NCBI GenBank assembly: GCA_035935655.1
Contig: DASYWW010000012.1
Span: forward strand, 15,618-79,617
Reading direction: 5' to 3'
From: Candidatus Bathyarchaeia archaeon
Lineage (GTDB): Archaea > Thermoproteota > Bathyarchaeia > 40CM-2-53-6
DNA: 64,000 bases
The position numbers were made by a program, and so were the translations under genes. Of this stretch, positions 15,435 to 24,914 are shown piece after piece. Position 1 is the first letter of the stretch. Every line of letters starts with the position of its first letter. Below the pieces are notes generated by a model that searched no databases, had not been told where the DNA came from, and saw nothing but the letters and a program-made list of their open reading frames with translations.

Positions 15435-16100
15435 TCAGAGTGCTTTCCGCACGATGAAGTGGAAGAGGTTTCCTTCCTGCCGCCAGTCAACTAACTCGTG
15501 ACCGGTCTGGTCCGTCCAACGCACCATCTCCACGTAAGAGGTGGGATCATCGGTCACAAGATGAACAACATCTCCTATTGGAACTGTCGCGAGAAGCTCG
15601 TTTAGACGGACCAGAACGGCAGAACACTCCATCCCAATCTCAACCATCTCGTGGTCAGGAAAGGCCTTGAAACAACGAGCGTGAAATTCGGCAATTCTTC
15701 TCCGGAAAGTCTCTGTCGCACCCGACGCCCCTGATAGGAGGGCCTTCTCTGACTTGAGACTCGATGGTTTCAGCCTGACAATCCATCCATCAGTATATGG
15801 TGCGTCGTTGAGAAGTTTCGGTCTCTTGATGATATCACCGTTTACCGCGGAAATGAGCCCTGAAGCGGGCGATCGAATAGGACCAACGAATTTCAGACTT
15901 TCAAGGGTACCCAAGCTTCTACCTCGCTCGATTCGTGATCCCGCAGGCCGCAGGCGAGCAGAAGTGAATTTTCCCGCGATCGCGGAGAGAAGACTCGTCA
16001 CGCCGACAGTTATCTCACCGCTTCTTTCACTCGTTATCCAAGTGTTGCCTTCCAGATCGTACATGAGACCGTCGGGGAAACTGCAATGATCTATCTCCAA
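15435..16100 (-). CDS. Fusion protein: N-terminal glycine-cleavage-H-like lipoyl-carrier domain + C-terminal TusA-like domain
   Basis: N-half: GNTWITSERSGEITVGVTS...GTLESLKFVGPIRSPASGLISAVNGDI...NDAPYTDGWIVRLK has the GcvH signature including the lipoyl-lysine context ESLK. C-half: VEIGMECSAVLVRLNELLATVPIGDVVHLVTDDPTSYVEMVRWTDQTGHELVDWRQEGNLFHFIVRK parallels TusA (LDxrGLxCPxPvlktkkalxxlxxGevLeVlaTDpgaxxDipaWaxxtGHeLl...yrflIrK), but with CS in place of CP. Confidence 0.6.
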   Translation of the reverse strand: MEIDHCSFPDGLMYDLEGNTWITSERSGEITVGVTSLLSAIAGKFTSARLRPAGSRIERGRSLGTLESLKFVGPIRSPASGLISAVNGDIIKRPKLLNDAPYTDGWIVRLKPSSLKSEKALLSGASGATETFRRRIAEFHARCFKAFPDHEMVEIGMECSAVLVRLNELLATVPIGDVVHLVTDDPTSYVEMVRWTDQTGHELVDWRQEGNLFHFIVRKAL

Positions 16101-16149
16101 TTCACATCAGAACGTACGAGTTTGAAAATCGATTCAGATCCATTCTGGC

Positions 16150-16170
16150 GCAATATATAATAGAGTACAG
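16150..16170 (+). promoter_or_regulatory. TATA-box-like element (AATATATAAT) about 50 nt upstream of the EF-2 start
   Basis: AT-rich octamer in an otherwise GC-balanced intergenic region. Spacing is compatible with an archaeal TATA box at -26 plus a short leader. Confidence 0.3.
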
Positions 16171-16212
16171 TTGGGATTCGCTGATTCTCCTCAGCTAGAA
16201 AGGTAGGATTCG

Positions 16213-19200
16213 TTGCCCCGTTTCAAGAGTTCAGCGGACATTCTAAAGATCGTCTCCAACAAGGACCAGATACGCAACATAGGCATCATCGCCCACGTGG
16301 ACCACGGGAAATGTGTCGACGGTGAAAGTATGATTACCCTATCCGATGGGCGGATAGAAGAGATTGCCCAAATCTACGAGAAGCTGAGAAGAAAAGGCCC
16401 TTCAATGGCTCAAGTTGACTCGCTGAATCCCCGGACCCTCAAGATGGAAGACCGGAACGTCTCACACGTCTGGAAACTACACAGCAACAAGCTAGTCAAG
16501 GTTACCCTTAGGAACGGCTACTCTGTGGAGACGACACCAGAGCATCCATTCTTCACAATAGCAAAGGATGGAATAGTCAGGCAGAAGAGGGCAGACGGGA
16601 TTAAGAGAAATGACTTGGTGCTCGTTCCGAACACCCTACGCTCCATCCCAAGTAGAATGGAAGAAATAAAGTCCGAAATCTTGGAAGTGATGAGTTCTCA
16701 TCAGTATTACATCGTCTATCTAGAAGGAAGGTTCTCCGAAGAACTTGAGCGACTGGTTAACGACAAGGGAATGAAGCAGGTTTATTCCAGCCTCCGATCA
16801 AATTCTTCGTTCAAGGCCTTCAGAGCGGGACTCGCCCTTGGTAGAATCAGACTAGACGATCTGGTAAAAATCACAGATTCGCTCAGAATACCCAGGGACC
16901 GCGTCTATGATCACATACGCCGAATGGCATACCGGCTAAGCCGTGCCAAGCCCGGCAGGCTTTCAAACCTAATCAAACTGCCACGAACTCGGAAGCAATT
17001 CCAGGATCTGGCTTACCTTCTTGGTGTCCTTTGGGGTGATGGTTCTAACCGGGCTAGCTTCAACAACGGGTACGGGCCGCTTCTGGAGACCGTTTCCCAA
17101 ATTTTTCAGAGAGTTTTCGGGGTCAGCACAATCCTCGTGAAGGACAAGAGAAGAAACACCTATCGGCTCGATCACCACGGTGGTTTCAGCCTCATCAGAT
17201 TCCTCGAAGACACCTACCAGTACCCCACAAAGCACAAGGCCCACAATATTGTCTTTCCCAAGTTGGTCCTCAAGATGGGAAACGAACACGTCGCTGCGTT
17301 CCTCAGAGGGGAATTTGATACAGACGGTGGGGTTGAAAGGACTAGCGCCGTAATTTCCCTAACAACTGCCAGTCGAAAGTTTGCAAGACAAGTATCAATC
17401 TCTTTGCTGAGATTCTCGATCATTCCAACAATCCGCCAGAAAGGAAAATACTTCACAATAACAGTATCAGGGCACGATACTCTGAGGTTTGAGAAGACAA
17501 TCGGATTTACCATTCCAAGAAAGCGTGTGGCGCTGCATATTCTCGCTCGCAAAGCGGTGAGCAGCAGAAAGACTGGAATTGTTCCTATCGGCTGGCAGAC
17601 TCTCCGGGAAATTAGGAACCAACTGGGGATTCCCTCTTCATATTTGGAATCCAAAATCCCATTTTACTGCAGCTACGAGTCAGGCAGGCAAAACCTCACA
17701 AGGCCGATCTTCCAAAGCCTCGTTAGCGCTTTTGAAAAGTTCATTGCGTCAAGGCCTTCGAAAGATACCGCCTTCACCCTAGTGCGCGAATGGCGCAAGC
17801 TTCTCGAGGGAGAGATTCGACCTATCCCGGTAAGTGAGATAGGGACACGTACCGGTTCATTCGACGTTTACGACCTGACAGTTCCAGAGAATCACACGTT
17901 CATCGCTAACGGTATAGTCGTCCACAACACTACGATGACGGATAGTCTCTTGTCTGGTGCCGGATTGCTTTCGCCGTCTTTGGCTGGCACAGCTCTGGCC
18001 ATGGACTTTATGGAGGAGGAGCAGAAGCGCCAGATGACTATCAAGGCTGCAAACGTCAGTCTCTATTACGAGCATAACGACATGCCTTTCGTCATCAATC
18101 TCATCGATACTCCCGGTCACGTGGACTTTTCGGGCAAGGTTACTAGATCACTACGCGCTATTGATGGAGCGGTCGTTGTCGTCGACTCCGTTGAAGAAGT
18201 GATGGTTCAGACAGAGACGGTGACGCGACAAGCGCTCGAGGAGCGTGTCCGGCCCGTTCTTTACATTAACAAGATTGACCGTTTGATCAAGGAGCTGAAG
18301 CTCAATCCTGAACAGATACAGGAAAGGGTCGCACGGATAATCAAGGACTTCAACGCCCTCCTCGATCTCTACGCTGAGCCCGAGTTCCGAGAGAAGTGGA
18401 AGGTAAACTTCGCGACCAATACCGTGGCGATGGGCTCAGCCAAGGACAGATGGGGCTTCAACGCTGTTGTCGCCAAGAAGAAAGGAGTCAAGTTCTCCGA
18501 CGTAGTCGACGCTTACGTTAACGGGAAGGTGGAGGAGCTCAAGAATAGAGCCCCCATTCACGAGGCCATCCTCGGAATGGCAGTAGAGGTAATGCCTCCG
18601 CCGCACAAAGCGCAGGTCTACAGGATTCCGAAGATCTGGCATGGAGACCCAGACAGCGAGTATGGCCAGGCTATGATCAAGTGCGACGACAAGGGCCCGG
18701 TACTAATGTCCGTCACCAACATCGTTGTCGACCCGCAGGCTGGCGTGGTTGCGACTGGTCGCCTGTTCTCAGGTACGGTCACGGATGGAGAGCCTGTCTT
18801 TCTGATCAACTCGCGCACCCAGGGAAGGGTCCAGCAAGTTGCCATATACATGGGACCGCAACGGGAGATTGTCGGACATCTTAGCGCAGGTAACATTCCC
18901 GCGCTTCTTGGACTAGAGAACGTGAAGGCAGGAGAAACCCTCGCCTCTGTGAAGCAATTCGTCCCCTTCGAAGCAGTCCACTATGTCACTGAGCCAGTTG
19001 TCACCATAGCGGTGGAACCGAAGTACAACAGAGATCTTCCCAAGCTGGTTGAGATCTTGAGAAAGCTCTCGCTGGAAGATCCGAACCTTGTGACGAGCAT
19101 CAACGAGGAAACTGGCGAATACCTGATCTCTGGTATGGGCACGCTTCACCTTGAGATTGCAAATACTCTGATCACCAAGACTGGAATGGAGATTGTCACC

Positions 19201-20019
19201 TCTAAGCCCATTGTCATCTATCGAGAGGCGGTGCGGAGGGAAGCGGGTCCGGTTGAGGGTAAATCTCCGAACAAGCACAACAAGATCTACATTGAAGTCG
19301 AACCCCTCGAAGATGCTGTTTTGGATCTGATCAAGCAGGGTAAGCTCAGCGAGTATGGTGACAAAGCCGAGATGGCCAAGCTCCTTCGAGGAGTAGGATG
19401 GGAGCCTGAGGAGGCTCGTGGAGTATGGAGCATCGACGAACCCTTCAACATGATCTTGGACGTCACCAAGGGAGCGCAGTACGTGCAAGAGGTGAAGGAC
19501 ATGATATTGGCCGGATACAGGTGGGGAATCAAGGAAGGTCCAATTGCTTACGAACAGATTCGAGGGTTGAAGGTCAAGATTAGCGACGTCAGTCTTCACG
19601 AAGACCCTGTCCACAGGGGTCCGGCACAGATCATGCCGATGACTCGTCGAGCAATGTTCGTGGCCTTCCTGGAAGCCGCGCCGACATTACTGGAGCCAGT
19701 TCAGAAGATTACGACTCGCGTTCCGAATGAGCTATTGGGGGCCGTGACCAGTGTGATTACACAGAAGCGTGGAAAGATTGTGTCAGTCGACCAGAAGGGA
19801 CACTTGGTCTCCGTAGTTGGAGAGATGCCAACCGCCGAAAGCTTCGACTTGTCTGAGGTCATGAGGAGTCAGACCCAGGGACGAGCGTTCTGGGGTTTGG
19901 AGTTCGCTCGATGGTCGCCTGTTCCTACTTCTTTGTTGCAAACGGTTGTTGAGGGCATAAGAAAGCGAAAGGGACTCTCTCTCGAGCCGCCGAAAGCGTC
20001 CGACTTCATGGAAGCTTAG
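16213..20019 (+). CDS. fusA: Translation elongation factor 2 (aEF-2) precursor interrupted by a 539-aa intein in the P-loop
   Basis: Extein: IRNIGIIAHVDHGK | intein | TTMTDSLLSGAG, then the G domains (NLIDTPGHVDF, NKIDR) and domains II-V, with the diphthamide-site HRG (DPVHRGPAQI). Extein total is about 729 aa, normal for aEF-2. Confidence 0.95.
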   Translation: MPRFKSSADILKIVSNKDQIRNIGIIAHVDHGKCVDGESMITLSDGRIEEIAQIYEKLRRKGPSMAQVDSLNPRTLKMEDRNVSHVWKLHSNKLVKVTLRNGYSVETTPEHPFFTIAKDGIVRQKRADGIKRNDLVLVPNTLRSIPSRMEEIKSEILEVMSSHQYYIVYLEGRFSEELERLVNDKGMKQVYSSLRSNSSFKAFRAGLALGRIRLDDLVKITDSLRIPRDRVYDHIRRMAYRLSRAKPGRLSNLIKLPRTRKQFQDLAYLLGVLWGDGSNRASFNNGYGPLLETVSQIFQRVFGVSTILVKDKRRNTYRLDHHGGFSLIRFLEDTYQYPTKHKAHNIVFPKLVLKMGNEHVAAFLRGEFDTDGGVERTSAVISLTTASRKFARQVSISLLRFSIIPTIRQKGKYFTITVSGHDTLRFEKTIGFTIPRKRVALHILARKAVSSRKTGIVPIGWQTLREIRNQLGIPSSYLESKIPFYCSYESGRQNLTRPIFQSLVSAFEKFIASRPSKDTAFTLVREWRKLLEGEIRPIPVSEIGTRTGSFDVYDLTVPENHTFIANGIVVHNTTMTDSLLSGAGLLSPSLAGTALAMDFMEEEQKRQMTIKAANVSLYYEHNDMPFVINLIDTPGHVDFSGKVTRSLRAIDGAVVVVDSVEEVMVQTETVTRQALEERVRPVLYINKIDRLIKELKLNPEQIQERVARIIKDFNALLDLYAEPEFREKWKVNFATNTVAMGSAKDRWGFNAVVAKKKGVKFSDVVDAYVNGKVEELKNRAPIHEAILGMAVEVMPPPHKAQVYRIPKIWHGDPDSEYGQAMIKCDDKGPVLMSVTNIVVDPQAGVVATGRLFSGTVTDGEPVFLINSRTQGRVQQVAIYMGPQREIVGHLSAGNIPALLGLENVKAGETLASVKQFVPFEAVHYVTEPVVTIAVEPKYNRDLPKLVEILRKLSLEDPNLVTSINEETGEYLISGMGTLHLEIANTLITKTGMEIVTSKPIVIYREAVRREAGPVEGKSPNKHNKIYIEVEPLEDAVLDLIKQGKLSEYGDKAEMAKLLRGVGWEPEEARGVWSIDEPFNMILDVTKGAQYVQEVKDMILAGYRWGIKEGPIAYEQIRGLKVKISDVSLHEDPVHRGPAQIMPMTRRAMFVAFLEAAPTLLEPVQKITTRVPNELLGAVTSVITQKRGKIVSVDQKGHLVSVVGEMPTAESFDLSEVMRSQTQGRAFWGLEFARWSPVPTSLLQTVVEGIRKRKGLSLEPPKASDFMEA
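16312..17928 (+). mobile_element. Intein with LAGLIDADG homing-endonuclease domain inserted between GK and TT of the EF-2 G1 motif
   Basis: Starts CVDGESMITLSDG (block A), TxxH block SVETTPEHPFF, two LAGLIDADG blocks (LAYLLGVLWGDGS, AAFLRGEFDTDGGV), terminal SFDVYDLTVPENHTFIANGIVVHN followed by a +1 Thr. 1617 nt, in frame. Confidence 0.85.
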
Positions 20020-20356
20020 CGGCAAACTCCGTGTGTCTCAACATGCTCGATCTAGTCTAGCTTTTCTGTTTGCTGGGTAGACCTTGCCCTATACGAGCTG
20101 CTCACGATTATCAGTACGAATCCGACTATGAACAGCGTCGTAAAGTTCGTGTTATCAAGCATACCGTTGATCGCCAACAATGCGGGTGCAACGACAAGAG
20201 AAAACCCCGCGATAGCAGCGATCTTGCCAATCATTCTCATCGAGGATTCTTGTATCCTAGTCCACTGCGAATAGTTGAACCTAACGGAGTGCCGATACAG
20301 ATCTAGTTGGGAAACAGAGAAAACGCTTAGAAATAGTGGCCCCGTCGAGCCTAACA

Positions 20357-20479
20357 GCGGCCGTGGTCCAGAGTCAGCGCTCAACTGCGAGGTTGACGGG
20401 CAGCCTGGTCTATGACACCGGCTTCCCATTACCATGGAAAGAGCCGGGAACCCGGGTTCGAATCCCGGCGGCCGCACCA
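20357..20479 (+). tRNA. tRNA-Gly(CCC) requiring two introns: about 33 nt in the D-arm (non-canonical position) and 13 nt after position 37; CCA encoded
   Basis: Acceptor GCGGCCG/CGGCCGC. T-arm CCGGG-TTCGAAT-CCCGG. Discriminator A then CCA (20476-20479). Anticodon arm CCGGC-TTCCCA[ttaccatggaaag]A-GCCGG. A D-arm GTCA-GCCTGGTCTA-TGAC is obtained only if 20369-20401 is removed. The spliced product is 77 nt. Confidence 0.55.
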
Positions 20480-20578
20480 AACTGGTTCATTGGATGGTTC
20501 TCGGGGTAGTCTTAGCCGAGTCCGACTCTAGATGATCCGTTATTTATCAGAAACCAAGGAAAACGACCGTCGAATATC

Positions 20579-20941
20579 ATGCGCGTCTCTGGCGGGGATA
20601 GCAAAACTACAGTCCGTGAGCTGGTCGAAACGGTCGCAAGATTCGGGGACAGTAGAGATTGGAGAAAGTATGACACTCCTCGAAACTTGGCGGGCTCAAT
20701 TTGCATTGACGCAGCCGAGCTCCTAGAGCATTTCCAATGGAAAACTGACAAGCAAGCCGAAGAAATGCTGAATGACCCGGAAAGACTGGAGAAGATTTCC
20801 AACGAGTTGTCCGACGTCATAATCCACTGCCTGGGTTTCTCTGATATTCTGAGGATTGATATCTCCAACGCTGTTCAGAGAAAGCTCCAAAAAAATGCCG
20901 AGAAATATCCAGCCAGCGTGCAGGAGCGAAGATCCAGCTAA
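20579..20941 (+). CDS. MazG-like nucleotide pyrophosphohydrolase (DCTPP1/XTP3TPA-like)
   Basis: RELVETVARFGDSRDWRKYDTPRNLAGSICIDAAELLEHFQW...ELSDVIIHCLGFSDILRIDISNAVQRKLQKNAEKYP: EExxE/RNL metal-binding helix pattern of the all-alpha NTP-PPase family. Confidence 0.75.
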   Translation: MRVSGGDSKTTVRELVETVARFGDSRDWRKYDTPRNLAGSICIDAAELLEHFQWKTDKQAEEMLNDPERLEKISNELSDVIIHCLGFSDILRIDISNAVQRKLQKNAEKYPASVQERRSS

Positions 20942-20986
20942 GGAATTACGCTCCGCGAATATTTCATCAGCTTCTCCTAGTTAGTT

Positions 20987-21637
20987 CTAGGCTAGTTTGT
21001 AGGTACGACTGTCCGGTCTAATTGCTCTTCCGACCCAGTAGGATACTAGCGGCGGATACCACAAGTAGAGCCTGATCGGAACGCCCAACAATGTCCACTC
21101 CCAAAACTGCGGCGCTACCGAAATGAGTGTCAGAAGCGCGAGAATCACCATACGGTTCCGCCCGTTCCGGAAGAGTCTAACGAGTTCTGGGGCGACGATC
21201 TTTTTCTCCTCCAAACTAATAACGTGAGCGAAGGTTGCCAAGATCATCAGGATTCCTCCGAGGTCCAACGCAAAGAGTTGGGAAGAATAATTCTGGATCA
21301 TGGATACCTGATCCGAATTTAGAGCGGGAGCCACTACCTCAACACCGTTCAGCAGGTAAGGAACAATCGCAACCAGCAAGAGTAGCCCCACATTGAGGAA
21401 TGTGACCGTTCGAGTCTCGATTGGCAGGACAGACATGTACGTCGTATAGATCATCCACGCAGTGATGAGAACAAAGAACGTGTATGCGAATGCGAGTATG
21501 TGCGTGGTTATCTCTCCCGTGTTTTTCGGAGGATTCGCTATGAGTGCGATGGAACCAATTGAAAGCGAGAGCCCGAAAATCAGGTCAGCAAGAGTCTCAA
21601 TTCGTGGTCGTGGCCGGGCGCCATCGATCTGTTGCAT
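20987..21637 (-). CDS. Integral membrane protein of unknown function
   Basis: 216 aa, 5-6 hydrophobic helices. Confidence 0.45.
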   Translation of the reverse strand: MQQIDGARPRPRIETLADLIFGLSLSIGSIALIANPPKNTGEITTHILAFAYTFFVLITAWMIYTTYMSVLPIETRTVTFLNVGLLLLVAIVPYLLNGVEVVAPALNSDQVSMIQNYSSQLFALDLGGILMILATFAHVISLEEKKIVAPELVRLFRNGRNRMVILALLTLISVAPQFWEWTLLGVPIRLYLWYPPLVSYWVGRAIRPDSRTYKLA

Positions 21638-21726
21638 CTACACGCCTTGAGGAAATAGCGTGTATTTGGTCCTTTGGAGGAAACTTTTCGGATTCCCGTT
21701 CACTGATTTTAGGCCGAGAGCGTTAG

Positions 21727-22146
21727 TCATGGTCGCACAGGAATCGCCCTTTCGCGAGATTGTCCACGTCTTAGAATCAGGAAAGAGGCTGTGAGAACTA
21801 TTACGCCGACTTGAAGGATCGAGCCTGCGATGAACGTCAACCCCGCCAAGCTCAGTCCAGCCCCCGCGAGCGAGTAATGTTCTGGTTGTGGAAGAGAAAC
21901 GGCCAGAGTTGCCATTGAGAGAACAAGAGCTGGAGGGTACGCCCTCTTCCGACCTTTCGCTACTCCAATTGCGACCGCCAAGTAAAGCAACCAACCGGCG
22001 AGGATTGAGAAGAATAGCCATGAAGAGACCATAAGCGCGTATAGTTGTGCCAAGAGAACTAATCCTAGAACCACAGATGCATAGATGAGCACGTTGACTC
22101 CCCGTTTCAGTAGCCTCAGCCTTGCATCCAGTGATTCCAATCTCAA
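21727..22146 (-). CDS. Small integral membrane protein of unknown function
   Basis: 139 aa, 4 hydrophobic helices. Confidence 0.4.
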   Translation of the reverse strand: MRLESLDARLRLLKRGVNVLIYASVVLGLVLLAQLYALMVSSWLFFSILAGWLLYLAVAIGVAKGRKRAYPPALVLSMATLAVSLPQPEHYSLAGAGLSLAGLTFIAGSILQVGVIVLTASFLILRRGQSRERAIPVRP

Positions 22147-22233
22147 GCCCCCCGCGAGAGGGCCGACTAACGCTTGTTCATATCTCGTTCATCATATCCT
22201 CATGATCATTTGCATCGAGAATTTTTGTCGGAG

Positions 22234-22497
22234 TCACCCGCGGAATTCCTTACAATCACAGTGGTAGTCGAAACTTGAATACGAGCACTTAGGCGAATGG
22301 ATCAACTTAGCGTGGCCGCAGTTGGTGCAATACTGTTGGCCGCCAACTTGACCAATTGGTTCGGTTGATGGACATACCTTGTGCACCATCCGATCCTCTG
22401 TTTTGCCCTTTCCGACTTTTGTACTGATAATGGATACCTCTTCCTGAGGAATACGAATTGGCTTGTTGCACTTGGGGCAAATGTTGTTGCTCATCAC
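22234..22497 (-). CDS. Small Cys-rich (zinc-ribbon-like) protein
   Basis: CPKCNKP...CTNCGH pairs. Weak; may be shorter than called. Confidence 0.3.
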   Translation of the reverse strand: MMSNNICPKCNKPIRIPQEEVSIISTKVGKGKTEDRMVHKVCPSTEPIGQVGGQQYCTNCGHAKLIHSPKCSYSSFDYHCDCKEFRG

Positions 22498-22624
22498 TTA
22501 TCGCCGCTGTGATCGCTCAGCCTCTTATTGTCTGCATCTCGCTTGTTCAATCTGTCGGTTGACCTCGCTATTCCGTGTAAAGAAAAACAACTACAAGTGT
22601 TGAGGAAGAGAAACTAATGGGTTC

Positions 22625-23101
22625 TTACCGGTTAAGATTGAATGTGAACTGGTTGTTGCGTGTGCTGACCAAGACGATCGTGTATGCGTAGCCGTTGGTA
22701 AACGTGAACGCATTTCCCGTTAGTTGACAGCCGGAACAGCTACTGTTAATTGCCAAGTTTGCCGGGCTCACTCCACCAGGGGTTATAGTTGGCCCGGCCC
22801 AGTTGATCAGTTGGTATGAATTGCCCATAGAGTCTTTGACGTAGTAGCTCTGAAGCGTTACGCTGATCGAACCGGAATCGCCTACGTAGAGGGTTACATT
22901 GGTGTTTGACGTGAATGTTGACGAGTTCACATTGAGCGCTTCCTGACCGACTGTCGGCTTGACTAGCAAACTGCCCAGTAGCCCGGTGGACCAGGCGTAG
23001 ACCATGACCGAGGCAACGACTACAATGACAACCATCAGGAGTGCTGCAAGAATCGTGTTGATGGCGCGCTTGTTCTTACGAAGCGGCACCGACTTCTTCA
23101 T
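22625..23101 (-). CDS. Archaeal type IV pilin-like protein (class III signal peptide)
   Basis: N-terminal KNKRAINTILAALLMVVIVVVASVMVYAW resembles the KRAIS/T-hydrophobic prepilin peptidase (PibD) recognition pattern. Thr/Ser/Asn-rich beta-type remainder. Confidence 0.5.
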   Translation of the reverse strand: MKKSVPLRKNKRAINTILAALLMVVIVVVASVMVYAWSTGLLGSLLVKPTVGQEALNVNSSTFTSNTNVTLYVGDSGSISVTLQSYYVKDSMGNSYQLINWAGPTITPGGVSPANLAINSSCSGCQLTGNAFTFTNGYAYTIVLVSTRNNQFTFNLNR

Positions 23102-23331
23102 TCATTACTACCTTGTACGTCGCTCATTGGGGCCTTTCTCAGTCAAGAATCCCTAAGAGGAGTTGGCGAGATTTCTCCCAAAACCATGTCGTAACCTCCA
23201 TTCATCTCATTACGTCACAGTTCGGGACTAGGTCAGGAGAAAAAGGGACAAGCGGCACTAGATCTGATTGCCTAACGGGAAGTTTGACTTTGCCGCCGCG
23301 GACTCTTCGGAGTCTTGATTAGACTAGCGAC

Positions 23332-24894
23332 CTATCGGTTTGGTCCTATTTGTGGAAGAATCTTTCCCGGCTTTGCTTTGTATGCTGGTTTGCCGATCCC
23401 GACAGCGATCATCGTGCTCTTGTCACGAGCGTGTGGCGAGAAGAATTCCGTGACGGCATCATCATAGAAGGTGGAACCGGACGCGCCAAGTCCAACGGCA
23501 TATGAGGAGAGGTAGATTTTTCCAGCCCTTACACCAGCTTCAAACTGCGCCGCTCGATAGCCCCTGTTTCCAAGAGACTCCAGAACCGAATTCAGGTCAG
23601 TCATCAAGAAAAATACGACGCTTGCATCGCTGAAGAGCTGTTGTCCAAGACAGAGGTAGCCTGACATCGACCGGCTACTGAGAGCCTTCAGTTCTTCGAC
23701 AGCGCGGGTTCTTTGGTTGTAGTAGTAGGAGCCCGGGGGTAGTCCCTCGACAGCATTCACAATGAAATAGAAGTCTATCAATGACTCGTTATCATGCAGA
23801 AAGTCCAAAGGGATTCTGGTTCGAGAGGTCTGGATTATTGTCGAAAGACTGTCAAAAAGGATAGGTTCGCGCGAGAATTTCCTAGTGGACCCCCGGAGCA
23901 AAATCACTTCATCTAGGAGTGGAAAGAGATCTCTTTCCGATCCTCGCAATGGAAAGGAGGGAGTGGTAGTCGGACTCGTTTGTTTCGATACCCTTGGGCG
24001 ACTCCTCCAAGACTCGATCTCCGACTTGCGTCTCAGCTGAGAGGCTTCATTCGTTTCCCATATCATTGGATAGTCAACTTCCTCTCTTGAGAGAGGATTG
24101 ACCTCCAGGTCAAGACTCGGAACCGGCCTATGAGTGCTAGAAGTTTCTCTGTTAGTGCCGATTCCGATTGTTGCTAGAGCTACAGTTGCCTCCTTCTTTG
24201 CCTCTAGACCTAGAAGCCTGTCGACCTCGGAATCGATGAAGCCAAGGACAACTCTGGCTGCGAGGCGCGCAGAATTCGAGGTTGCGAGAAGGTTGGCGAT
24301 AATGACTCCTGAGTCCCAGAACCAGTGACGATAGGATCTGGCTTCGTACTTCCACGCGTTCCTCCAGGCTAAAGATGTGAATGCCAACGTGACTGATGAG
24401 GTCACGCCATCAGGACTCCCTGCCTCACTCAGCGCCGCTCGATAGTCTCCATCTCGCAGCCTTACTAGCGAGAATTGTAGAGGGTTGAAGTGATACACTC
24501 CCGCTTCTAGACCGGGGATTGGACCGGAGATTACGTAGAGTTCGATGGGATACAAAGCGCCTGTTGCGGAAGCTGCCCGCATAAAGTAGAACTCCTTGCC
24601 GAATCTCATCTTCCGTGTAAGGCCCGCAGAGAAGAAGAGAAGCTCAGAGAGGACCCCTACATCGATCTCCTTGGTTCCAAGCACTTCCCTCGCGTTCTTG
24701 ATCGCCTCGATAGAGTTCTTTTGGGGAATGGGAAAATCGCGCGGAAGGGCAATGGAAGGAAGATTCCTGTACTCTTTGAATGGCGCCGGTTTGTTGTCCC
24801 AATCCAGGTAATGACCGGAAGCGCCGATTCTAACCTCAGAGTGCTTGGTAGCCTCGTGGTACGCTAGTACTGAACTCAAGTCGTTGCCAGCCAT
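23332..24894 (-). CDS. SagB-type dehydrogenase-family protein with two tandem nitroreductase-fold domains
   Basis: N-terminal AYHEATKHS motif of the SagB/ThcOx family. Second half has RNAWKYEARSYRHWFWDSGVIIANLLATS...GFIDSEVDRLLGL and a repeated GYR/AAQFEAG nitroreductase-like core. 520 aa. Confidence 0.55.
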   Translation of the reverse strand: MAGNDLSSVLAYHEATKHSEVRIGASGHYLDWDNKPAPFKEYRNLPSIALPRDFPIPQKNSIEAIKNAREVLGTKEIDVGVLSELLFFSAGLTRKMRFGKEFYFMRAASATGALYPIELYVISGPIPGLEAGVYHFNPLQFSLVRLRDGDYRAALSEAGSPDGVTSSVTLAFTSLAWRNAWKYEARSYRHWFWDSGVIIANLLATSNSARLAARVVLGFIDSEVDRLLGLEAKKEATVALATIGIGTNRETSSTHRPVPSLDLEVNPLSREEVDYPMIWETNEASQLRRKSEIESWRSRPRVSKQTSPTTTPSFPLRGSERDLFPLLDEVILLRGSTRKFSREPILFDSLSTIIQTSRTRIPLDFLHDNESLIDFYFIVNAVEGLPPGSYYYNQRTRAVEELKALSSRSMSGYLCLGQQLFSDASVVFFLMTDLNSVLESLGNRGYRAAQFEAGVRAGKIYLSSYAVGLGASGSTFYDDAVTEFFSPHARDKSTMIAVGIGKPAYKAKPGKILPQIGPNR

Positions 24895-24914
24895 TAGAAT
24901 GACTCGCCTCGAAC

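Noticed and set aside
18913-19614. 233-aa minus-strand ORF inside EF-2
   Set aside because: It lies entirely antisense to the strongly supported EF-2 coding region, as do 17214-17654, 16969-17289 and the other antisense ORFs within 16213-20019.
20052-20480. 142-aa minus-strand ORF
   Set aside because: It is antisense to the predicted tRNA-Gly and low-complexity. It is taken as spurious.
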